A DNA stretch of 64,000 nt from a virus. Positions 14,820-24,285 of this stretch are shown here, piece by piece (positions within the stretch are counted from its first letter, which is position 1; each line of letters starts with the position of its first letter). Below the pieces are notes generated by a model. That model ran no database searches and had not been told where the DNA came from. It worked only from the letters and a program-made list of their open reading frames with translations. Location: the IMG/VR virus record IMGVR_UViG_3300037346_000220, positions 32,001 through 96,000 of that record; one strand, 5' to 3'. The translations under genes were made by a program, and so were the position numbers.

Positions 14820-15454
14820 TGTCAACAGTTAGCTCAGCAGGAAAAGTTGCATATGTATATGACGAAGGAACTGATACGTGGTTCCCCGTAGCTGGCTCTG
14901 CAAACACTTCAGAAGACTATAGCTGGTCAGGAAGCCACAGGTTTTCTAATTCCGTATCCTTTGACCAAGTTGTTGGGTCCAAAGCTGGAGTTAACAATTT
15001 CTCGGGTCCAGCAGAAAGAGACCTAGCTATCCCCACACCCGTCAATGGTGTAGTAGCTTTCTTAAGAACCGATACTTCAGGAAAACAGGTAAACAACATT
15101 CAGTATTACCACAACGGTACTTGGAGAGTTTATGGAGACAACGCAAACCTTGTAGAAAAAACCTCAAACTACTCCTTGACGTTGGGGGACGGAGGTAAGA
15201 CATTTATGATGACATCTTCTTCCCAAGTTGGAGTTTCTATTCCTACCAACGCTTCCGTTTCATACCCTATAGGAACTCAATTTGCTTTTATTCAAACTGG
15301 AACTGGAAGCATTGTCTTCTCCCCTATAGAGACTAATACAACTACAATCTTAAGCAAGAACAATAATAGGAAAACAGCATCACAGATCTCTCAGGCTATT
15401 CTGGTCAAAAAAGAAGCAGACGTCTGGATGCTGATGGGCGACCTTACTGCCTAG
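14819..15454 (+). CDS. tail-fibre-associated protein with 'GDL'-ending C-terminal domain (cassette 1)
   Basis: EKT..Y.L...D...IP.NASV.YPIGT....Q.G.G...W...GDLTA shared with 20710 and 24286. Confidence 0.7.
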   Translation: MSTVSSAGKVAYVYDEGTDTWFPVAGSANTSEDYSWSGSHRFSNSVSFDQVVGSKAGVNNFSGPAERDLAIPTPVNGVVAFLRTDTSGKQVNNIQYYHNGTWRVYGDNANLVEKTSNYSLTLGDGGKTFMMTSSSQVGVSIPTNASVSYPIGTQFAFIQTGTGSIVFSPIETNTTTILSKNNNRKTASQISQAILVKKEADVWMLMGDLTA

Positions 15455-15462
15455 GAGGCAAG

Positions 15463-16278
15463 ATGATAGGCATAGGCGGAAAGTTTGCATCCTCTAAAGG
15501 AATGGTCGCAGTACCTTCAATTATAGGATTGACAGTATCCCAAGCTCACATAGCAATCCAGAATTCTGGACTTGAAATTGGTACTCAGGGAAGCACTAGT
15601 GGGTCCTCAAGTCAAAACGGAAAACTAGCCTCTCAAACAACGCCTTCTGGAACTCTTGTAGATTACGAAAGCACCATAGGGTTTGCTGTATACCTCTATA
15701 CTGCCCCAAGCGCCCCCTCAGGACCTTACCTAGTATCTACAAACACTGGTCCTAACTGTGGTACAGTTCTTGCAACAGGAATCATTTCACAAACCTGTGT
15801 GGGAAACAATTATGTAACTATTGTAGGAACTCAGAACGTAACAACGTACCGCTATAATTACTCCGATGGAACCTCCTCCTCTGGATACTCAGTTTGCTTT
15901 TCAGGACAGCAAGAATCATCAGTACCCTCTCAAGCCTGTGCTGATCAAAATGCCCCACTGCCCCCACCGCCTGTCCCCTCTAACTGTACATCATGCACCA
16001 ATGGAAGCTATACTTACTCGGGATCTGATTCAGGTTGTGCCTCTGGTAACGCCTGGTACAGCGTCTGTATTTTTAACTCTGGCTGCCAACCAGCCTCATC
16101 AACATCTAGAAACTGTGTCCCAGTTCCACGTCCACCAGAGCCCGTAAAATGCAAATGCACGGCTGGCTGTGGGGCTACCTGGAGTGGTGCCTGCACTGGC
16201 GGCACCCAAGTCCAAGCCATAAGGTGCACAGCCTGTGACTGTAGCTCATCTGTACGAAGCTGGACCAACCCCTGCTAG
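15463..16278 (+). CDS. PASTA-domain protein with 18-Cys C-terminal region
   Basis: VPSIIGLTVSQA..AIQNSGL...G.LASQ....GTLV...STI is a PASTA pattern; Cys counted in translation. Confidence 0.75.
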   Translation: MIGIGGKFASSKGMVAVPSIIGLTVSQAHIAIQNSGLEIGTQGSTSGSSSQNGKLASQTTPSGTLVDYESTIGFAVYLYTAPSAPSGPYLVSTNTGPNCGTVLATGIISQTCVGNNYVTIVGTQNVTTYRYNYSDGTSSSGYSVCFSGQQESSVPSQACADQNAPLPPPPVPSNCTSCTNGSYTYSGSDSGCASGNAWYSVCIFNSGCQPASSTSRNCVPVPRPPEPVKCKCTAGCGATWSGACTGGTQVQAIRCTACDCSSSVRSWTNPC

Positions 16279-16296
16279 ATATGTTATACTCTGTAT

Positions 16297-16527
16297 ATGG
16301 GTATTAGATATTTTGCATTTGTAGTGGGAGAAGATGTTTCAACAGTCTTTGCTGTAGACGACGAGCAATCATACAATAAAGCGGTTATCGCTGGCTTGCG
16401 CTCAGGACCCGTAATCATAGAGACAGATGAGTCTCAAGTTTCTTTAGGTTGGAAGTATCGAGATGGAGAGTTTCTTCCTCCGTTTTTAGGTGATGATGAG
16501 GGGCCAGGGTACGAGATAGATGACTAA
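16297..16527 (+). CDS. small accessory protein (F.VV...V / V..GW.Y.DG.F..P)
   Basis: Motif shared with 26999 and the C-terminus of 27967; leaderless promoter. Confidence 0.7.
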   Translation: MGIRYFAFVVGEDVSTVFAVDDEQSYNKAVIAGLRSGPVIIETDESQVSLGWKYRDGEFLPPFLGDDEGPGYEIDD

Positions 16528-16771
16528 TGCCTGGGACAGGTACAAAGAAAAACTAGGAGACACCAGACCTTGGGATCTTTTAAACCCCAACACAGTTTAC
16601 GCAGACAAGTCTGTTGCCCAAGAGAGATACAGCATCTGCAAGGCCTGCCCAAAACTTTTACCAACAAAGCAATGCGACGAATGTAAGTGCTTTATGAAAG
16701 TTAAGGTTACTCTTGCAGAAGCAGAATGCCCATTACATAAATGGGGTAAGTCTAACCAGGAAACTGATTAA
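16520..16771 (+). CDS. DUF6171-like Cys protein, copy 2
   Basis: RYSICKAC...QCDECKCFMKVK...ECPLHKW. Confidence 0.75.
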   Translation: MTNAWDRYKEKLGDTRPWDLLNPNTVYADKSVAQERYSICKACPKLLPTKQCDECKCFMKVKVTLAEAECPLHKWGKSNQETD

Positions 16772-17339
16772 GCATAGCCTTAGCTTTTTCGCTAGTAGTC
16801 CAAGCACTCCAGGAAGAGCCTCCGTCAGAGATTACATATGCAACTCTAGAGTTTACTTCAGGGCTAAAGAGTTCTTCATTAGTTTTAAGACCATGTTGCT
16901 TGAGTCTTGCTGGACCCATGCTCCCAATCATGTTGATCTGAAAAAGACCGTAAGAGTTGTCTCCAGTACTTGAGTTTTGGTTATGAGCATAGAGCCTGTT
17001 TGTTGATTCAAGCTTTACTACAGCCCAAGCCATCTGCAACCCTTTACCAGAAAATCCAGCGTTCTCTAAAACTGATATAAGATCTGTGTCAGACAAGACC
17101 ATCTTCTGAAAATCTTCTCTAAGCCAGGGCTGGGTTGTTTTGATAGAAACCTCTAGCCTGGAAAAACTTCTAGATTCTGATAATACTTCTATAAGGTTCA
17201 TTCTGTTGCCGACAGAAAGTGTTTGTGTGATTTCTAATTCTTTAGCAAAGGCTCGTGGGGTTTCAATTTCGTTACACTGGCTAACACCAGTCAAAATTCC
17301 TGCGACGATACCAAGGGAAACAATGGCTTTTTTCTCCAT
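16752..17339 (-). CDS. lytic transglycosylase / lysozyme-like protein with N-terminal signal or anchor
   Basis: ES catalytic motif, SYGLFQIN, N...A..I..GG..W.AW. Confidence 0.8.
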   Translation of the reverse strand: MEKKAIVSLGIVAGILTGVSQCNEIETPRAFAKELEITQTLSVGNRMNLIEVLSESRSFSRLEVSIKTTQPWLREDFQKMVLSDTDLISVLENAGFSGKGLQMAWAVVKLESTNRLYAHNQNSSTGDNSYGLFQINMIGSMGPARLKQHGLKTNEELFSPEVNSRVAYVISDGGSSWSAWTTSEKAKAMLNQFPG

Positions 17340-17417
17340 AAGATAACATTATACCAGGGTTATTGTCCTAAATCAACCTTGCGATGTAATCTTAAAGTAT
17401 TATGGTATACTTTTACT

Positions 17418-17792
17418 ATGGCAACCCAAAGAGGATCAACGAACTCATACGAAGTAGGAAACACTCCACCAAAAGTATCTTGGACGGTTGTCCGTGGTGA
17501 CACGGCGTCATTTCGGGTATATGTAACTGACGACAATAAGGTTTCCTTAAACATTCCCGACTGGGACATAAAGATGGACATAAAAAGAGCTGGGACCTTG
17601 GTTATGTCTTTGAGCCCCTCAGCAATCTTAGGAGAGGCCCCAGGAGAGTTTACGGTTTCTCTTCTGTCCTCTCAGTCAGAAATTTTAGAAACAGGAGATG
17701 TCTTCGATATACAGCTAACTTCCAACCCAGCACTCTACGTATGGACAGTTGCAAGTGGCAGCTTAGTAATCTTTGAGGATGTAACAAAATAA
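17418..17792 (+). CDS. virion protein, BppU-N-like (paralog 3)
   Basis: RGDT...FDIQL...WTVA.G....EDVT; leaderless ATG 6 nt after TATACT. Confidence 0.6.
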   Translation: MATQRGSTNSYEVGNTPPKVSWTVVRGDTASFRVYVTDDNKVSLNIPDWDIKMDIKRAGTLVMSLSPSAILGEAPGEFTVSLLSSQSEILETGDVFDIQLTSNPALYVWTVASGSLVIFEDVTK

Positions 17793-18097
17793 TGGCTTCA
17801 TCAGCTATTCTTAAGCAAACTCAAAAAGTTGAGATGCAAACAAAGTTCTTCCCTAAAGCCACATTCCTTTCTGGTGAGTCAACATCTCTGAAGATAACAG
17901 ACCTTGTCCATAACACCGAAAAAGTCCAGTCCGCACATTTTTCAAACTCAAAAGCCTTTGCTAACGAAAGAGCAGCTTTAGTATCTGAAAGACTCCCATT
18001 TCGGGTGAGAATAACCAATTTGGGAGTGGCTTATGGCCCCAGCCACCCTGCTCCCATTGGAATTGCCATACTGGGTTTGAACAACTATATACTTTAA
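17792..18097 (+). CDS. hypothetical
   Basis: ORF track; TAATG coupling. Confidence 0.6.
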   Translation: MASSAILKQTQKVEMQTKFFPKATFLSGESTSLKITDLVHNTEKVQSAHFSNSKAFANERAALVSERLPFRVRITNLGVAYGPSHPAPIGIAILGLNNYIL

Positions 18098-18129
18098 AAA
18101 CTTTAAAAAATACCCCCTATAATGTATAT

Positions 18130-18576
18130 ATGGCTAGAGTATCAATCCCTTATGTAAAGACCAGGTTCGAGACTGGCGACCGCCCAGAACAGGCGGACTA
18201 TCAAGACCTGATAGACACAGCAGCAGGCCAGGCAACTGATCTGGGAACCGCTGGAAACAACGAGAACACTATTGCTGGTATTGAAAACATCACGGTAATT
18301 GACAGCTTTGACGCTAGTCAGTGGAGACTTGTTAAGTACTTGGTTTCAATCTCAAAGACTTCATTCGGAGACAATAAGTTTTACGCAACAGAACTTTCCA
18401 TACTGGTAGACGGCACAGATATATCTGTCACAGAGTACGGAGTAATAGACAATGATGGGAATATGGGCACCATCGATGTTTCTAGAACTGGAGATACCGT
18501 TGCATTGACGGTGACCCCTGATTCAGTAATCAAGCCAGTGACCGTGCGATTTGCTCGCATGGGTCTCAAGGCCTAA
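18130..18576 (+). CDS. virion protein (FETGD.P...D..DLID motif)
   Basis: C-terminal TEYG domain similar to that of 18594..20150. Confidence 0.7.
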   Translation: MARVSIPYVKTRFETGDRPEQADYQDLIDTAAGQATDLGTAGNNENTIAGIENITVIDSFDASQWRLVKYLVSISKTSFGDNKFYATELSILVDGTDISVTEYGVIDNDGNMGTIDVSRTGDTVALTVTPDSVIKPVTVRFARMGLKA

Positions 18577-18593
18577 CTAGGAGATTAAAAAAA

Positions 18594-20150
18594 ATGGCAA
18601 CAGTTAATAAAGATTTCAAGGTAAAAGCTGGCTTAGTCGTTGAGGGTGCCTCAGGTACCATTAATGGCTATAGCGTACTAACAGAGGCTCAGGCCAGCAT
18701 AGACTTCATCGTAAACACTATTGGGGGAACAGCTACATCAACATCGACTCCAAATACTGTAGTGAAGCGTGACGAGAACTCAGACTTTTCAGCAGGAGTA
18801 ATAACTGCAGACATAGTCGGAAGCCTTACTGGTGACGTAACTGGAAACTCTGATACCTCAACAGCTTTAGAGACTCCGAGGACTATCTCCGTAAGTGGCG
18901 ATGCTGTCGGTTCTGTATCTTTTGATGGAACATCTGACGTATCAATTGCAATCACCTTAGACTCAGCATTTGCTACCGATGTAGAGGTTGGTACCTCTAA
19001 GAGTGAAGCTGTAACCGAAGCTGCTTCTTACACAGACGGAGAAATTTCTACTCTAGAAGCTTCCTTGCAGTCTTATGCCGATCTAGCTCAGTCAGATGCA
19101 GAGACTTCTGCTGCCTCTTACACAGACGCTCGTGAATCAGCTATTACCTCTGCATACCAAAGCTACACAGATACAGCAGAAGCTGATGCAAACACATATG
19201 CAGACTCTGCAATCGCAGCTCTAATCGGAGGAGCCCCAGAGCTTCTAGACACTCTTAATGAACTAGCAGAGGCTATTGCCGATGACCAAAACTTCTCAGC
19301 AACAGTAGTTAACGACATTGCAGCAGGTCTTGTAACAGCTAAGGACTACACAGACACCCGTGAAGGTCTTATCACTACAGCCTACCAGGGTTATGCAGAC
19401 ACTGCTGAAGCCGATGCGATCTCTACCGCAGCTTCAGATGCAACTGCTAAAGCCGACACAGCAGAGTCAGAAGCAAATAGCTACACTGACACCGAAATTG
19501 CCACAGAGGTTAGCAGTCGTAACACAGCTATTACTACAGCTGTTGACGCCCTAGATACAGACGCTATAGAGGAAGGTTCTTCAAACTTCTATTTCACTGA
19601 TGAAAGAGCTCAGGATGCTGTCGCAGCCTCCATTGCTGCTGGTTCACACCAAAACATTACTGTGACTTACGATGATGCTCTTGGCTCTCTAACTCTTGTT
19701 GCAGAAAACGGAGTAGCAGATTCTGACACGGACGATTTGGTAGAAGGTTCCACAAACTTGTACTTCTCAAGTGCACGTGCGGTGGCAGCTCTGGAAGCAG
19801 TAGTCCCTAACTTTACAGAGGTAGACCTTAACTCAGTTGCAACTCAAGTAGCTGCTACTCAAACAGTCTCTACCGCAAGTCAAGTCGTAGGATATTCCTT
19901 TAGCGGTACTTCCTACAGGACAGCAGAATTTGTAGTAAAATCTGCTTCAGGTGTGCACACAGAAGTTTCAAAGGTTCTTTTAACTTTGGACACAGCAAAC
20001 AATATTTCCATTACCGAGTACGGAGTAGTAGGAACTAATGGTTCTCTATCAACTCTTTCTGCAGGTATGGATGGGAACACGGTTCAGCTACTAGTTACAA
20101 CCCTTAACAACGGCACAGATGTTACAGTTGTTGGTACACTAGTAGTATAG
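18594..20150 (+). CDS. tail fibre protein
   Basis: L.TPRTI..SGD..GS.SFDG.SDV, APE.LDTLNELA and EGS.N.YFT motifs; coiled-coil shaft. Confidence 0.75.
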   Translation: MATVNKDFKVKAGLVVEGASGTINGYSVLTEAQASIDFIVNTIGGTATSTSTPNTVVKRDENSDFSAGVITADIVGSLTGDVTGNSDTSTALETPRTISVSGDAVGSVSFDGTSDVSIAITLDSAFATDVEVGTSKSEAVTEAASYTDGEISTLEASLQSYADLAQSDAETSAASYTDARESAITSAYQSYTDTAEADANTYADSAIAALIGGAPELLDTLNELAEAIADDQNFSATVVNDIAAGLVTAKDYTDTREGLITTAYQGYADTAEADAISTAASDATAKADTAESEANSYTDTEIATEVSSRNTAITTAVDALDTDAIEEGSSNFYFTDERAQDAVAASIAAGSHQNITVTYDDALGSLTLVAENGVADSDTDDLVEGSTNLYFSSARAVAALEAVVPNFTEVDLNSVATQVAATQTVSTASQVVGYSFSGTSYRTAEFVVKSASGVHTEVSKVLLTLDTANNISITEYGVVGTNGSLSTLSAGMDGNTVQLLVTTLNNGTDVTVVGTLVV

Positions 20151-20185
20151 TTTCATACAACAATAGAGGCAGGAGGAAGCAATAG

Positions 20186-20644
20186 ATGGCGCTAAGCGAA
20201 AAAGACTTTAAGGTCAAAAATGGAATCCAGGTATCTGGAGACGCTGTAATTGGTGGAACTATAACCGCAGCATCTCCAACATTGGGCAGCCATGTTGTAA
20301 CTTTGGAATATTTTACAGAGAATGCAAACTCTGGCTTTAAGGCACAATCTGTTGCTCCTGTTTCCCCTACTGATGGAGACCACTACTTCGACACTGCTAC
20401 CCAGAGACTAAACGTTTTTTACGATGGCTCCTGGATAACTATGGCCTCAGTAGAAGATACCCAGAATATCCCACAACACATTCACGACACTTCGATTGAC
20501 GGTTCTGGGCTAATAGTTTCAAGATTTACAGATGCAGCATCCCCCACCAGTCCACAGGGAGCACCAGTGGATGGCGGAGGAGTTTCAACCACATCATGGG
20601 ATTCAGTACTTGACGGTGGCTCAGTTTTAGATAACTTCAATTAG
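20186..20644 (+). CDS. fibre-associated protein
   Basis: N-terminal KDFKVK.G shared with 18594. Confidence 0.65.
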   Translation: MALSEKDFKVKNGIQVSGDAVIGGTITAASPTLGSHVVTLEYFTENANSGFKAQSVAPVSPTDGDHYFDTATQRLNVFYDGSWITMASVEDTQNIPQHIHDTSIDGSGLIVSRFTDAASPTSPQGAPVDGGGVSTTSWDSVLDGGSVLDNFN

Positions 20645-20709
20645 CCTAAAAAAGTTGGTATAATAGTAAAAGGCTTAAACGTGACACCCTAAAAGTAGGA
20701 GAATGGACT

Positions 20710-22560
20710 ATGGCAACAAGGATGCAACAGAGGCGTGGTACCGCAGCAGAGTGGACCAGCATTAACCCAGTTTTAGCTGGCGGAGAGATCGGCTATGAGT
20801 CAGACACTGGCCGTTTCAAAATGGGCGATGGAACAAACAATTGGGAGAACCTGTACACTTACGGCTCTATAGACTCAATTCTTGACGCAGCCCCAGAAAC
20901 TCTTAATACTCTAAATGAGCTGGCAGCAGCTATAAATGACGACCCCAGCTTCTACACAAATGTCGGTCTAGCAGTCTCAACCGCAAAGACCGAAGCTATA
21001 TCTGAAGCAGGAACATATGCAGACCTCCTTATTGGAGATGGAACTGTCGACGGAACATCTGGAAATACAGTAACAGCCAGAATTCAATCTGCGATCAGTG
21101 ACCTTGTTGGTGATGCACCTGGAGCACTAGACACTCTAAACGAGCTCGCAGCAGCACTTGGCGATGACTCAAACTATGCAGCAACCATAACACAGATTGT
21201 CTCTAACATCCAGCAAAGCGTAATTGACGCAACAACGTCTCTTAACGAAGGTATAGCCCTTGCCAGAACAGATCTGGGAGCAGATATTGACTCTGGAATC
21301 GCAGATGAAGTAACAAACAGAGACAGTGCAATCTCAGCAGCTGTAGACCTGGAGGCAACTGCCAGAGGCTTAGCCATCGCAGCAGATAGCTCAGACACCC
21401 TAGATGCGTACACTTTGGCAGTAGCTGCCGAGGCAACGGCTAGAGAAGCAGCAATCACCGACCTAGGCACAACGATAACTACAGCATATCAGGACTACGC
21501 CGATACAGCCGAATCTGATGCAATTGCGACCTCTTCGACAGACGCAAGCAGCAAAGCAGATGACGCACAATCAGCTGCAGAGCTAACAGCTTCAATAGCT
21601 TTGACGTCTCACAATGACGCTACTACGTCTGTGCACGGTATTGCAGACACCTCGGTGCTTGCCACAAAAACAGACGTGAGTACGGCACAGACAAATGCTG
21701 AGAGTTATGCAGATGGCCTTTCAGGTAACTATGATGCAGTAGGTTCAGCTTCTACAGCTCAGGATGCAGCAGAGTCTACTGCAGCCTTAGCTCTGACAGC
21801 GCATAATGACGATACTACCTCGGTGCACGGAATTGTGGATACCTCAAAACTAGTTCTTACAGAGGCTGCAAGTCAGACAATCACTGGAGACTTTATTGTT
21901 ACTGGAGATCTGACTGTTTCGGGAACGACAACCACAATCGATACTGCAAATTTTGAAACAACTGACCCTTTGATTGCACTTGGAGAAGGAAACGTTACAA
22001 ATGCAGTTGACCTTGGTTTTGTCTCAACATTCAATGACGGAGTCCAGCAAATAACTGGTTTCGCCAGAGATGCGTCCTCTGATACTTGGAAGTTGTTTAA
22101 GGGAGTTACTGACGTTCCAACTACAACTATTAACTTCGCCCAGGGATCCTTGGATGACCTATCAGTTAAAGATTTGTCTGCTGCTGTCGTAAATGCTGCT
22201 TCTGTGGTATTTGCAGACGGAACAACTCAAACTGTAGCAGCAGTGCCTTCCCTGACAGTATTCTCAGAAAAGACTGCTAGTTACACTCTAGACACCATCG
22301 ACCACAAGGACAACTTGGTTGAGGTAAACTCTGGTAGTGCAACTACATTTACTATCCCAACGAACGCCTCTTTGGCCTGGCCAGTAGGAGCTTCAATGGA
22401 TATTCTTCAGACTGGCTCTGGTCAGGTAACTATTTCCCCAGCAAGCGGAGTAACTCTAAACTTTACTCCTGGAAATAAGTTACGCACTCAGTGGTCATCT
22501 GCTACAATACTTAAAAGGTCTGCAGACTCATGGGTTGTCTACGGCGACCTAACAGCTTAA
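20710..22560 (+). CDS. tail fibre with Mtd N-terminal domain (cassette 2)
   Basis: QQRRGT..EW...NPVLA.GEIG.E.DT..FK.GDG; GDLTA C-terminus. Confidence 0.8.
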   Translation: MATRMQQRRGTAAEWTSINPVLAGGEIGYESDTGRFKMGDGTNNWENLYTYGSIDSILDAAPETLNTLNELAAAINDDPSFYTNVGLAVSTAKTEAISEAGTYADLLIGDGTVDGTSGNTVTARIQSAISDLVGDAPGALDTLNELAAALGDDSNYAATITQIVSNIQQSVIDATTSLNEGIALARTDLGADIDSGIADEVTNRDSAISAAVDLEATARGLAIAADSSDTLDAYTLAVAAEATAREAAITDLGTTITTAYQDYADTAESDAIATSSTDASSKADDAQSAAELTASIALTSHNDATTSVHGIADTSVLATKTDVSTAQTNAESYADGLSGNYDAVGSASTAQDAAESTAALALTAHNDDTTSVHGIVDTSKLVLTEAASQTITGDFIVTGDLTVSGTTTTIDTANFETTDPLIALGEGNVTNAVDLGFVSTFNDGVQQITGFARDASSDTWKLFKGVTDVPTTTINFAQGSLDDLSVKDLSAAVVNAASVVFADGTTQTVAAVPSLTVFSEKTASYTLDTIDHKDNLVEVNSGSATTFTIPTNASLAWPVGASMDILQTGSGQVTISPASGVTLNFTPGNKLRTQWSSATILKRSADSWVVYGDLTA

Positions 22561-22582
22561 TAACTAGGAGAAGAGAAAAGAC

Positions 22583-23374
22583 ATGGCAAAAAAAGAAGCA
22601 GGCGGTAGGTCAGCATCACAGAATGACTTCCTGGAGCCACTAACACCAGTAAGCGTAACAGCTTCCAATGTCGGCACAAGCCGAGTATACAACGACGGAG
22701 CTGCCACAGTTTCATTTTCACTTCCAGCTAACTCACCAGCTGCAACTTCTTATTTAGTTACAGCCTCTACTGGACAAACGGGGACTGGATCTTCATCTCC
22801 AGTAACGGTAGAAGGGCTGGGTTCTTCCAGCACTCCAACTTTTACAGTTGTAGCTTCTAACGCATCTGGCGACTCAGGTTCCTCATCCGCTACAACGGCT
22901 ATTACAATAACCACAGTTCCAGCAACCATGGCAGCACCATCCGTTAGCACTCCAACTCCTTCATCAAGCACAAACCAAACAGGAACATCTACAGACTCAG
23001 TATCCTGGAGTGCACCAAACAATGGTGGATCCTCAATAACCACTTATCGCTGGACATCCTCTGATGGAAAGACGGGGACAGAAGCTGGAACATCTGTGTC
23101 AGTAAGCCAAGAGGGTGGCTCTGCTCAAACATATTCTGTTCGTGCAGAGAACTCTAACGGATCTGGATCTTACTCAAACAACTCTTCAAGCATAACCACT
23201 TTTGGATTTACTCCATTTAGTTTTGCTCCTTTTGGGTTTACACCATTTAGCTTTACTCCATTTAGCTTTACCCCCTTTGGAGCTTTTGGGTTTACCCCCT
23301 TTGGAGCTTTTGGGTTTACCCCGTTTAACTTTGCTCCTTTCGGATTCGCTCCATTTAACTTTTCACCCAGGTAA
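22583..23374 (+). CDS. FN3-domain protein with C-terminal F-x-F-x-P repeats
   Basis: Two FN3-like units (W.AP.NGGS.IT.Y; Y.V.A.N..G); repeat tail. Confidence 0.8.
   Translation: MAKKEAGGRSASQNDFLEPLTPVSVTASNVGTSRVYNDGAATVSFSLPANSPAATSYLVTASTGQTGTGSSSPVTVEGLGSSSTPTFTVVASNASGDSGSSSATTAITITTVPATMAAPSVSTPTPSSSTNQTGTSTDSVSWSAPNNGGSSITTYRWTSSDGKTGTEAGTSVSVSQEGGSAQTYSVRAENSNGSGSYSNNSSSITTFGFTPFSFAPFGFTPFSFTPFSFTPFGAFGFTPFGAFGFTPFNFAPFGFAPFNFSPR
23201..23371 (+). repeat. coding tandem repeat F[GSN]F[TAS]P, including an exact 24-bp duplication (23267-23314)
   Basis: tttaccccctttggagcttttggg x2 within degenerate 15-bp units. Confidence 0.85.
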
Positions 23375-23420
23375 TTCCACCTGTGTGATATAATTATTAA
23401 ATAGAGAAGGGGTCTTACCG

Positions 23421-24092
23421 ATGCAACCTGAAAAAGCCATGCCACAACCAATGCAAAGCCATTCTAAGTCAACTCAGCCACACAAGTTCTTTGAGTCATT
23501 TCTAGACAATGACTTGGAGTCTTTAGCAAATGAGTTACAGGCCAGGTACCAGCTAATTGAAAACGTTGAGATTAGAGGTGTCACTCCTGTCACCGAAGCA
23601 GATGGTTGGATAGACTCTGGCAGTGTTTCAACTATGAAGTGGCAACAATACAACGTCTTCCAGTTTAACATTCCTGGTGTTCATAACCTTTACAAGGCCT
23701 TGTCTGAGATGGTTCACGAAGCCTGTAATTACTATGGAATAGATTTTGAGTCACAGAAATTTGTAGTCCAAGGCTGGTTCAATATTAACCACACAAAGAC
23801 TGGGAAGCTAGATTGGCACGACCATGGCCCTGGAGGGGCCCCTCTATTTCACGGATACTATTCCGTAGCAGCAGAGCCTTCTGAGACACACTATATCGTA
23901 ACGAACCAGGAAAAAAGAATTAATCATAATGTCAACAATCGTGCAATCTTGTCAGAGATGGCCCACCCACATGCTATGGCAGATTGGTCTTGGGAAGGCC
24001 CAAGAATAACAATCGCATATGATGTTCTTCCTATGGAGCACCTAATACCAGGAGGACCAGGCCAGGAGCAACATTGGATACCTCTAATCTAA
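23421..24092 (+). CDS. 2OG-Fe(II) oxygenase-like (DSBH) protein
   Basis: WFN...WHDH...GYY...H.M...RITIAYD pattern. Confidence 0.7.
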   Translation: MQPEKAMPQPMQSHSKSTQPHKFFESFLDNDLESLANELQARYQLIENVEIRGVTPVTEADGWIDSGSVSTMKWQQYNVFQFNIPGVHNLYKALSEMVHEACNYYGIDFESQKFVVQGWFNINHTKTGKLDWHDHGPGGAPLFHGYYSVAAEPSETHYIVTNQEKRINHNVNNRAILSEMAHPHAMADWSWEGPRITIAYDVLPMEHLIPGGPGQEQHWIPLI

Positions 24093-24229
24093 AAAAGATT
24101 TTATGCTTTATGGGAAAGCACGATATAGTCATAGCTACATGCCCATTCACTAAAGCAGAAGCCAAGTCCTGTACCAGGTGTGACTTTGGAGACTCTCACA
24201 AAAAAGACAGTGGCATGTCCTTTAGCTAA
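24074..24229 (+). CDS. 51-aa Zn-binding microprotein (LC..GKH...CP...C.RC)
   Basis: Hand-translated; TTG start with AGGAG RBS. Confidence 0.55.
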   Translation: MDTSNLKKILCFMGKHDIVIATCPFTKAEAKSCTRCDFGDSHKKDSGMSFS

Positions 24230-24285
24230 TAAAACAATGTTATACTTAACTATCCTGGTATTTTTATGCCAGATAGGAGATCATA

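Noticed and set aside
22583-23374. Hint/intein domain after the Phe/Pro repeats
   Set aside because: ORF stops (TAA at 23372-23374) right after the repeats and no Hint-like sequence follows
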